DNA from: a virus
IMG/VR virus record: IMGVR_UViG_3300035670_010029
DNA: 64,000 bases
Reading direction: 5' to 3' (one strand)
Shown piece by piece: positions 47,401 through 52,425 of this stretch. The notes under the pieces were generated by a model, which searched no databases, was not told the origin of the DNA, and saw nothing but the letters and a program-made list of their open reading frames with translations. The position numbers were made by a program, and so were the translations under genes. Within the stretch, counting starts at the first letter, position 1. Every line of letters starts with the position of its first letter.

Positions 47401-49102
47401 CATGATTACCGTCTAAATAATCAGCATTTAGATTAGTAACAACTAAATTATTATCTCCAATATTCAGTGGAGGTTTATCAGGATTAGGCCTATCGTATAT
47501 TACAATCTGGTTACTAACAGCAATACCATCCAAAAAAGTTTTGAAACCATTGACATTTTGCTCTGTAGTGCTTTTAACATACAGAGTATCAGCTATGTGT
47601 CTTAACAAAACTGTTGATTGGTCACCATCTAAATTTTCTACAATAAATATTGATTGTGCATTACCTCCATTAATATCGTCTTGATTTGGTGGTGTTTCAC
47701 CCCCATCAAGATCTGCCCCAGAAGCGAAAATATTTGTAACAAGTTTTAGTTCATTGTCTGTTGGATAATATGCAATAATACCTGTTTTAGTATTATACAA
47801 TCCTCCATATTTAAAACTTATACCTCTAGGAGCTGAAGGCAAAATATTGGTACTATTTAATGCAAATAAAGGCAAATTATCATATACTTCTAATTCTCCT
47901 CCCACATTCAAATTTTGATTGATATTAAGATTAGTATTGATAGTTCCGCCGCTAGTATTTAGAGGAACATATCCTAAAGAAGAAATAATATCTTGTTGAT
48001 CGGCATAGTATGTACCTTCTATTAATCCCTTAGTATTGACAGCAACTTTTGTATAAAGACCAGGACTGGGGATAGTGTCGGGTAGTACAGATGTATCTAA
48101 AACACCGGTAATATTAATAGCATCTCTATAAAATGCTCCGTGCTGACCATCTAATAAGTCGGCATCCAAAGCAGAACCGGGTCCGTCATTACCTGGATGA
48201 TATGGCGTGTACCCAAGAATACCTATGATATCTTCTCTAGTCAAAACGGAACCACTTACCACTCTACCCTTAGCGTCTGTTATAACTTTACTATATGTGC
48301 CTGGCAAGCCTGTGAGACTTAACTTAACCAAATTGTCTTCTATTATGATGTCGGCAGATTCTGGTATATTGAGAACAACGGACCCATTAGGGACATTAAG
48401 ACTACCCCCGCCAGTTAAACCTGAACCAGCAACAATATCAACAAAAGTATTGCCGCTTAATAGAAAGCGACCGGTCTCTATGGGATAGGAGCGTATTCTT
48501 GTACCATCAAAATATACCAAACGATTTTGATTAAAAAAAGTATTATTCGTACCACCCTTATTAATAGGCAACATGCCTTCTATATTACCCAGACTAAGCT
48601 GAGACACTCTAGCAATTGTGTCGTCTACAATAATAGCATTATTTTCATTAAACGATAAGCCATCGCCCAAAACAACGCTTAGGTCTACTACGCTGTTGTC
48701 GTTCCGAAAAACGCTATTCAATCCCGATGAAGCAACAATACCTGTAATATTATTAGTGTTGTTGTTTGTTGTATTGATATCAGATAAAGACACCGAAGCA
48801 CTAGCCAATTTACTACCATCATAATATATAATGTATCCACTATTAAAAATAGTATTATTGGTGCCACCACTATTAATAGGTAGTATATCAAAAACTACTC
48901 CGTCTTTACCTGCCGGTCCTTGTGGTCCTATTGGCCCAGACTCTCCTTGAGGCCCCTTTTCTATAGTTAAAAGATTGACCTGATTAACTCTGGTGTCAGA
49001 GATAATTAGTCTAGTAGTAATAGTAGTTTCAGGATCTTTTTGTTGTGATACAATCAGGTATTTTGATGGCTGAAACTGTTCATTGATAGATACTATGCTC
49101 AT
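35441..49102 (-). CDS. Giant (4553 aa) fibre/adhesin-like virion protein
   Basis: Contains an N-terminal collagen stretch, LPINxGGTNNT x2, PGxYxKVxxxxKG x2, LGYxP x2 and (D/N)ADxLDGxHG x2. These are followed by YadA-head-like repeats, cadherin-like and He_PIG/Ig-like domains (LPDWLAFDSTIGTFSGIP; GTLPPGLS) and LxTE repeats. Confidence 0.8.
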   Translation of the reverse strand: MSIVSINEQFQPSKYLIVSQQKDPETTITTRLIISDTRVNQVNLLTIEKGPQGESGPIGPQGPAGKDGVVFDILPINSGGTNNTIFNSGYIIYYDGSKLASASVSLSDINTTNNNTNNITGIVASSGLNSVFRNDNSVVDLSVVLGDGLSFNENNAIIVDDTIARVSQLSLGNIEGMLPINKGGTNNTFFNQNRLVYFDGTRIRSYPIETGRFLLSGNTFVDIVAGSGLTGGGSLNVPNGSVVLNIPESADIIIEDNLVKLSLTGLPGTYSKVITDAKGRVVSGSVLTREDIIGILGYTPYHPGNDGPGSALDADLLDGQHGAFYRDAINITGVLDTSVLPDTIPSPGLYTKVAVNTKGLIEGTYYADQQDIISSLGYVPLNTSGGTINTNLNINQNLNVGGELEVYDNLPLFALNSTNILPSAPRGISFKYGGLYNTKTGIIAYYPTDNELKLVTNIFASGADLDGGETPPNQDDINGGNAQSIFIVENLDGDQSTVLLRHIADTLYVKSTTEQNVNGFKTFLDGIAVSNQIVIYDRPNPDKPPLNIGDNNLVVTNLNADYLDGNHGNFYRNAANVTGSFDYNNVRFDHIQGTHNFIPKFSDPQSEVAGKISDSNLYQDSFGNMRLDFGYNVSVGGDENNLIGAENSIVVGTDNKVSTVNSAAIGEANQASGDNSLALNYKSKTSTDAIHSIAAGSHGYTWLPNQLAIGAFRVLDSSNASIEQGQQSTTTMYLAGTEAHGSWRTMQPLVPIPRNKTIAYDIEILISKVFGTGVAHFHFASGIVKNASFRNPDDPIQIANVTAHPQLTKKIAGFNNSQIKTHFHTYELGNDIRIQQNVMVTDLPLKIQELSTQNVDRYYRYTPEKISTTGVYKKLNSGALELDISKPIFSGTFDQNLSTPGIRITSPNHSTIPNTYIDPVFVASYPSGIPLSNQKRQVVGSSNKFFYVESAALTGYLSYKPYSDEFDIATIIINQDSLIEADKHFYFETQATLNNTDISNVLDQRLVKFLRPGMNIKILLSGIVHDRIVVSVSSNNISINSPIYDTNNTPITNTTINLYSIEYSYHLLKISRRLFVNNTDGSVGQFFANFYSIPATGTNFQNYNPYNIPGTPAPATGFPLLYPQNSGIYETLDFSHRASIGLDVIVSKQSVYRSGVPVAITPMYSNTGTVTLHHKSDYTGTYNTLNTVFPKYQGIYRRIPEGSSSRLQVYNSKLEPISLPFAPVRYSLVAGYGDTDNNKFYIEENNDKYFLRTNQRFNYEEQDIYSVRIKAIDNSQQHTLEKNIFVYLQDSIRPYLNIASLPHQTATVLEPFTYTLPSNLFVEEENGGPITLSATIKNWHSLPDWLAFDSTIGTFSGIPSGCSLGPQTIRVIATNVSGAYEHIDFRINVTDPTVQRLSFYNDPSNTQKPTIQNIFLSNYTIEENLPSNTLVGSISCQGSYDPFCIFRSAYNNFSGIFRNKSPLIEAIPVTNSQYPTTNLTGTPLLLATGSLVSSWFSSWNHQGSLPDNTIVTHVYKPSVFSGTPLIDSDTVIFTDNNKSYDQTIYSGIKVFAEAQYFDPNTTVKTWDYYSFRINSVILQENEYLLWTEQDDVLLHQDPRQTLNGLDTENKDNILSENSSRLLLQDKLGVNTVWSSGYQECSEADLLNGSMILYYPSGAVLHRNIYDPIDAENTENLFTELEESLVCDQSTLKRSLQKLNPPATNNLKATQMSVGRTSISFTEPVNNPVLALYAVGVDSWGDLLTEDEHVLSANDDSVLISDSFFDHGSRVIMSNNYEILDQERVYKNNGRLGLQKDWDFLTTEDNQPMVHDYAITAKSGNAFVLFPKSDLRSISVEYPPITDRDSFEDYNKNMWHTVGSLIPFNFSTNKYFVRTNQAYVGQSAAGMVVYSGALPETSNYSVSGLQNYVYLSPEGDCVFDVPTTGIKGFELSNFHTNYVTGLVDFYTDAGTGVINLTFDKDTNLDTRHENNVFLHTFVKTSSQNTPVPAQGNYTKAYLTNVTNNSVQIYNRFLLPESGRVSSGKFAANIDKNHGYTLTNTTQLNHVPARFLNVKKSLNGISTDATLRPKDNIFNIRSISGNKVIVDDFRNYLLKEQGRPDYFDQPINARYITNGLAFSGTAFYNNANFYDIRYDLHTLERILKKSTFEYYYNSNNSELNINLPSGSVRPFDDLIVKFPNGVGYDTSPVYKLIDTNTINVRSGLFDDLEPLKDNILLESSQSYLQPEYTQKLTFKASLSNINRDLRGTCDLDLKIEHRLQPGYLINYENGLHEGHAILDIVPGFNFSGFVPRLNNVISTNIDNSLSSEHIGFASVFNSGTNGLLQGGRLLRKAEINDIGYTEYYFVGSTGITPEKTFFSGIGAPHNPYFEVIKPRPNSIAYDFLYLGDNNNQVSFYGEAVLSGVSQVSIYRYDLETQTQLVKLSAKGITSGVSPIFSAGMMSGNINFVTGIQKFDQFRVVIQPNAVQNNKFELHTTILNNVSPKPWILDSSDILNTGDLFIPYLNPEEPSYVYRANLESIEGPVDCNTIQPQYIPVIDPEYTLFKNSPYYILPFVRTNLKYCNALVSKNTQLFFNGNTIVIDKLNVPKTYAQQYDEFEILKFNNQNISVNTKTGKHITKIDSSNNLTFLTGIIIDGQRTISPRAGTYRFNEIYEDTNRFNKVLGNVHNKYLPYVGSLDYIKSTSGSVDVLDYNNLYYHTYGGSTATWPMDSIGKIVPQIQTGIYFVSHNPSSCSSGTLCVTISGFNNISFTGIKDINNRSNFGQFANTVQTPNGTGYVRPYGVDKKMYFDFSDGFAEINGSYYINDFIDPKTISISIPYRDSFMGKAGIVYIIDSEEDIKSHLNPNKNNQFIISQGSISNTSLVDGNIFNYFDHDTKRWKHAVHLKDNISYTGHNVSLNGTNTTLLSLNPATIRISGLEYKFGTLTETFTPVANNTIAVPSNETFLTLRITTLDGEQKLLGQYTPSMPKVDMSGLFDYTIDTNKPSQYNYHGSGWVLGAEITLPRYEYESLPVTIRAKDLTGFGDLNITLNKKIIPSITPFAVSYSTPNSVWSLGFDIDQIDVYDLWINGDLGFELENTPSGSFGIKYVNDHSVVLSGSSSPTSGHFPVVLKLRDFRTEPFSILSSGTGMISIVNNYSQRPPFNLVFNNLDTAYYFDVSKSTGLLTFDIPANLGPTPDFVNCQVSFITNPNYRLQVISNAYDYDLERFHIIARPIGSGDFNYVNFTDRYTNQTMIVSMQQPVYDDFGNATYVPVSRSVSFDTVFYLPVRLSKTLFDNSLVFALDQPWFLQLDVTDGITAHNPTLRPRVRIHNTPNLGSYENFPVEYNLDWEYNSERKRWSATIAAKRDFFGKYVYDTGVYPLYISVHDGLFDAAYDTTSVTYVQKQTLKNIQNTVYATPDNEFFANADLTDLDTNGTTITNIIGSLKEPSIQINRSKANYDTDFKIWQYSFTGTKFTEKYDAQIVVNNNNLAVQCKGLGRDKIVAVAKLNMVEIESSELAGLPLTITGIVGYNPVEGTPFSQGESAWNLRFKTIGGLADHRYPPTIILQNMPTFCNGYNPLLSTQEQCIPQAPKWNADDMGGSWSYVFSGVPSCTLLGRKDFTITAIDTNPTLQNPYLPDSDTVEYFFVYNELIVGSNPPQIIDDPNYPAQTVIKPFCGEKYQQKLLFGPGQAPLCGIATGIRTIDVSGTLPPGLSYSVFFPGLGDNPNPEPPYSNLGSGYLIIEGFPTTFANGGQYPEEFGLTVTDARNLKANRVIKFSDSSSPNDPNISFPIYFDSYKPVLSPKTGLAPVDADTVTAYRPAPAAYDLVCNSVLPHNKCAIEYVSYSGTTTTNTNIRLIPLGQSTIANNTQIYIEFNDNPGHPLNSTYNVFTENNQFFINPGVNIIPSSGSGRLVRGISKSVNIRNFDNFFGDSTLDTSASKCLLGGGSLVRDPTKTGGDSPLGLGGLLIPSISGSLTGMNIFASNDVFLTGLNLVDLNGDIDNYSTMKWFNCWETGYVRISGIIIPPINVEIPDPPPAQDFAPFSFNGQVYALATKLVFGDNEAQKLLIENQRRGRSLQYSIKDLISNTTLVNGSVSSFSSFDTPVLNSASGTVYGVFISHQGDRFPTYSYNALPSARNTYVWVHKGDNLVTTPRQTSFPPVYPLLDPGYISVINDTSDEDPNGTVMTPVFGLAVGGYVTEIGSPWLSRNYKPLISGIIQKTFDKPIMSGDFTYQNNIARLTIPSNSIETGYNIKLQLYRSSFGDTLITPPYYIDLEVNTSNITSATILDVPLSAGIQNFNGKYLIDLSPRVTGYIPENNSLVIKHNGLPLSTGDVVSIDQNNHISTSLYLLDKAGSLTVTSGDNSTLYVTNNNVSDSGWINSLNWNSPVTLMQNFDDNIKIMPDNITSNTEGRYVFQITGRSNVLYKDYIYKICTMENMNMPIFNGGDIVPKRYFVNYPLYVNKPISVLPSSINKTGMGSSWILTFRIEGGSRPVQNYTPDVSISVDGENFNYCGFTRSSVTETLKDSYDAVNDQLVVQLRGNNAINWGAYEHIYVKVSDDTGFDIIQVAMI

Positions 49103-49539
49103 TCACATGTCCTGCAGTCATCTTGGGTGTCAAGGTCACACACAAACGCGTCGGTTCCAGGCACATTTCTTTCTACCAACGCAATAGAACCCTGCAATAT
49201 TCTAAATACCTTTTTGCCACCACCACTATACAAATCATTGGGCTCTTGTAGTTCAAAGTCATATCTAGCGGTATTAAAAGTGTAAAGAGCTGTTTGTGCT
49301 GCTGGTATTTTTAATAATACTTTGCCCAATAGTGGGTCTATAGTGAATTCGTATTCTGAACTACGAGTATTTGTAATAAATGTTCTGATAATAGGATTGG
49401 TTGATTGGTCTTCGATCCAACGAATTCTTGCACACCAGTTGGTTATGTCGATAGGAATATTGTTGTCATTTCTATATTCAAAAGCTATTACAAAAGCCGT
49501 ACCTTTTTCTATACTAAAATTATATTCAGCAGCTGGCAT
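49099..49539 (-). CDS. Small beta-sandwich virion adaptor protein (BppU/LtfC-like pattern)
   Basis: YNFSIEKG..PIDIT..G.V.L.I.A.QT..YDFEL..RILQG, a pattern typical of fibre-attachment proteins. ATGA overlap with the giant fibre gene. Confidence 0.6.
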   Translation of the reverse strand: MPAAEYNFSIEKGTAFVIAFEYRNDNNIPIDITNWCARIRWIEDQSTNPIIRTFITNTRSSEYEFTIDPLLGKVLLKIPAAQTALYTFNTARYDFELQEPNDLYSGGGKKVFRILQGSIALVERNVPGTDAFVCDLDTQDDCRTCE

Positions 49540-49549
49540 ATGTTAATCC

Positions 49550-50068
49550 TTATGAATAAAAATATCGAGACCTGTCACTATTAGTTTGTAAATATCTAGG
49601 ATCAAACTTGTTACCAACAAAAGGACTAAGAATAGCTCTAATAGCAGTAGCTTCTTTAACATCCCAATGCGATGTTAGCTCATCATATGCCGCGCAAGGG
49701 CCTTTATCTATAATTAAATTAAAACCGGTCAAATTACCAGTAACACTCAGTTGTGCGGGACCTAGTGCTGCTCTAATACCTTCGAGCGCAGCGCGTGTTC
49801 TGAGTGCGCTTTGATCAATAATACAGGCTGATTTTAGGGCAACCAAACTAATGAAGATACTATCATCTCTTTCGCTAGGGTCGGGGGTAATATTGGGGCT
49901 TACTACATCAATAGTGTATTTTTGGTCCAAAGATATATCAAATTGAACATATTTAGCTGCAACCACAATCACTTGTTGTAGTCTTTCGTCTGAATATGTC
50001 TGTTTGGTATCGTCTAAATCATTAACTAGGGTGCGGACCATGATAGGAATTTCAGCTTGCCAAGACAT
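49550..50068 (-). CDS. Putative head-tail adaptor/connector
   Basis: Helical 172-aa protein beginning VRTLVNDLD..YSDERL, a typical adaptor opening. AAGGA Shine-Dalgarno. Confidence 0.55.
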   Translation of the reverse strand: MSWQAEIPIMVRTLVNDLDDTKQTYSDERLQQVIVVAAKYVQFDISLDQKYTIDVVSPNITPDPSERDDSIFISLVALKSACIIDQSALRTRAALEGIRAALGPAQLSVTGNLTGFNLIIDKGPCAAYDELTSHWDVKEATAIRAILSPFVGNKFDPRYLQTNSDRSRYFYS

Positions 50069-50114
50069 AATTTAGTCCTTTTTTACAAATAAATAGATCA
50101 TTACGACATAACAA

Positions 50115-50122
50115 TATACACC
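50115..50122 (-). promoter_or_regulatory. GGTGTAT(A/T) motif, putative late promoter element
   Basis: Intergenic, about 46 nt upstream of the 50068 start. The motif recurs in five intergenic gaps. Confidence 0.6.
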
Positions 50123-50177
50123 TACAATAGTATATTATTGTGCCTGATCTCTGGTTACAGATTTGATCGTATTTGTA

Positions 50178-51020
50178 TTAAATCAGCAAAGTTTCCTTGG
50201 CTTTTTGGAGAAGATTTTGAAGAGTGGCTTCTGCAACCCTGTTTTTAAAATGATTATATGTGTCTTTGATCATTTGATGATTTGGGTCTCTCGTAATTTC
50301 TAACCATCCCACAAAATAATTCCATATTCTATCTTCTAAAATAAGAGGATATTTGACTCCTTCTGGTCTGCCAAATCTATGTACCCATTGTAATTGTGGT
50401 AAGCAAATGTTTTTACCTCCGTTTCTCCTAAATTTTTCTGCTATATAACCTTCTTCTGCTCCAAAACCCTTGAAATGACAACTAATGCCTGGCCAGTTTT
50501 CTTTTTCGAAAGAACATAGGCCCATACCCTGCATTTTGATTTCAAAAGGTTCTCCTTTAATATAGGCATCCTGATTAGAGTGCCATATACCATACATGTC
50601 TCCTCTCCACTCGTCCTTAAATTCTGTAGCATAATTTTGGAGATCGTCATACAACAATGGTCCCTGGATTAAGTCTTTGCAGTTGGGATGCTTTGCATAA
50701 TATGCTAATAAACTATCTAATGCTCCAGGTATTAATAATACATGACAATCTAAAATAAGAATATATTTACCAAGAGCATAGTTTACTGCTTTATATTTAT
50801 TGAATGAGGATATTGTATTTTGAAACGGAATGTATTTAATTAAACCGTTTGTCCATTGATCTACAAATTCTTTTGTTTTTTGTCCATACTTACTGTCTGG
50901 ATGATTATCTAAAATAATAATTTCTGTATCTAATAAATTATGATACATACGTAATGACTGAGTTGTAAAATATACACCATCATAGTCATCATACGTTGAC
51001 ATGGCAATGGTGAGCAGCAT
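50178..51020 (-). CDS. GT-A fold glycosyltransferase (GT2/GT27-like, DxH motif)
   Basis: LTIAMSTY, EIIILDN, ALGKYILILDCHV, MGLCSF, and GFGAEEGYI..GG..LP..VHRF. Confidence 0.85.
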   Translation of the reverse strand: MLLTIAMSTYDDYDGVYFTTQSLRMYHNLLDTEIIILDNHPDSKYGQKTKEFVDQWTNGLIKYIPFQNTISSFNKYKAVNYALGKYILILDCHVLLIPGALDSLLAYYAKHPNCKDLIQGPLLYDDLQNYATEFKDEWRGDMYGIWHSNQDAYIKGEPFEIKMQGMGLCSFEKENWPGISCHFKGFGAEEGYIAEKFRRNGGKNICLPQLQWVHRFGRPEGVKYPLILEDRIWNYFVGWLEITRDPNHQMIKDTYNHFKNRVAEATLQNLLQKAKETLLI

Positions 51021-51051
51021 ATTATTGCATTACCTTTGTTGTGTAGCGTCG

Positions 51052-51171
51052 TTACGGGGCGATAAAAAACACCAGCGTCCACCGGGCGATCCACACGCCC
51101 AACACGCCGCCAGCCACGCCTGCGGGGAATGAGGCGAGAACCAGCGCGGCGGCGAAGGCGTCGTTGTTCAA
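51052..51171 (-). CDS. Possible 39-aa hydrophobic membrane peptide (MNNDAFAAALVLASFPAGVAGGVLGVWIARWTLVFFIAP)
   Basis: The TTG start overlaps the upstream TGA stop (TTGA). The ORF fills the GC-rich gap and has a GxxxG-containing hydrophobic stretch. Confidence 0.45.
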   Translation of the reverse strand: MNNDAFAAALVLASFPAGVAGGVLGVWIARWTLVFFIAP

Positions 51172-52040
51172 CTGATGCCCCATTTGGCCAGCAGGTATTC
51201 CTCCACCAGCGACCGATCTTCAGCCGCCAGCGAGGCGTCGTAAACGACGATTTCAAAAATCAGACCATTGAAAAACACCGCCGGATTGAGTCGCGGCAAA
51301 CTGCCGATAGCGACCTGATTGGCCGTAATGCCACTAGCATGGGAAATGTTGGTTGCTGAAACATCAGGCACGCCGTTTAGAAAAACTTGGCCGTTGGTTC
51401 CGTCGAAGACCCACGCGGCCACCTTCGCGGCAGTGCCGATGCTTGTGGCTCCCACTGCGCTTTTAGTTACACCCGGGCTTCCTTCCTCTCGCGCCAGCAC
51501 AACCTTCTGACTGCCATTGTTCCACACGGCCCGCACGTTTTCGTCATCGCTGGCAGAGTTGGCGGCAGCGAGAACGTCTTGAGTTGATCCCGTGGCGTCT
51601 GTCTTCGCGACTGCCAGAATTGTGAATTCGTCGTTGATGCCGTCAAAAAATGCAGCCAGTGCGTCGCACCGCAACGTATCGTCTGATCCGTCAAACTCCA
51701 GGCCATCCAAGCCATTCAACTGGGCGGCCCTTCGCAGCGGCCTAGCGCCAGCCGTTGCCTGCGTAGCGTGGCGCGAGTTGCCCGATTTGTCCTGCCACCG
51801 CGCTACGGCACCGTCCGCCGCAACGAGCGAGCCGCCGGTTGTGGCGTCATAAAGAGTGCTGGCATCAGAGGCGTCAAGCCAGAGCTGAAGACCAGGAACC
51901 TGCGTTGGTAATAACAACGGAGATCCGCTAGCTAATGCGCTCCATGGGCCCTGTCCGTTTTGATTAACAGCAGCAACTCTAACTTTATATGTTATATTGT
52001 TAGTTAATCCAGTAATAAGACCAGAAGTAGCAACACTCAT
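51168..52040 (-). CDS. C-terminal half of an FN3 domain fused to a GC-rich LamG-like domain
   Basis: Begins with ITGLTNNITYKVRVAAVN..GPWS, then LQLWLDASD..RWQDKSGN..LEFDGSDD..EIVVYD..VEEYLLAKWG. Confidence 0.8.
   Translation of the reverse strand: MSVATSGLITGLTNNITYKVRVAAVNQNGQGPWSALASGSPLLLPTQVPGLQLWLDASDASTLYDATTGGSLVAADGAVARWQDKSGNSRHATQATAGARPLRRAAQLNGLDGLEFDGSDDTLRCDALAAFFDGINDEFTILAVAKTDATGSTQDVLAAANSASDDENVRAVWNNGSQKVVLAREEGSPGVTKSAVGATSIGTAAKVAAWVFDGTNGQVFLNGVPDVSATNISHASGITANQVAIGSLPRLNPAVFFNGLIFEIVVYDASLAAEDRSLVEEYLLAKWGIS
51777..51887 (+). repeat. Diverged repeat of the LamG-like N-terminal segment, copy A
   Basis: About 17 mismatches in 111 bp against 53911..54021 (manual count). 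Confidence 0.85.
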
Positions 52041-52051
52041 AATATTTTACC

Positions 52052-52414
52052 TTAATTATTAATTGCTATCCAAGACAATGATGATTCATCCCACGAATAT
52101 GGTTGACCATCATTCGGATAAGGAGTTGGAGGATTCCATCTATATGTGGACGTATCTAATATCCAAGAATCAAAAGGCTTAGGAGGCACAAAAGCATCGT
52201 TAGTAGCATCATAAAAAAATCCAATGCCAGCATAATTATATCTAATTTTATTATTATAGCTAGTTTGTTTCCATCTATTGTGTCCAAATAATCCTTGTAG
52301 AAACTCTACTCCTTTATCTTCGCTCTCAACCCCATTATCCATTAACTCATTATTATTTACCACAATAACTTGAGTTACTATATTATTGTCGTCTAATTCA
52401 GCAAAATGAGCCAT
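52052..52414 (-). CDS. Conserved phage protein (MAHFAEL type), usual partner of glycine-rich fibre proteins, possibly a fibre chaperone
   Basis: MAHFAELD..WKQTSYN..RYNYAGIG..DAFVPPKPFDSW..W.PPTPYP..Y.WDE. GGAG Shine-Dalgarno. Confidence 0.65.
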   Translation of the reverse strand: MAHFAELDDNNIVTQVIVVNNNELMDNGVESEDKGVEFLQGLFGHNRWKQTSYNNKIRYNYAGIGFFYDATNDAFVPPKPFDSWILDTSTYRWNPPTPYPNDGQPYSWDESSLSWIAINN

Positions 52415-52425
52415 ATTATTCTCCT

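Noticed and set aside
50140-50170. Hairpin (GATC..TCTG-TAAC-CAGA-GATC) after the glycosyltransferase as a terminator
   Set aside because: The stem is short and bulged and there is no U-tract.
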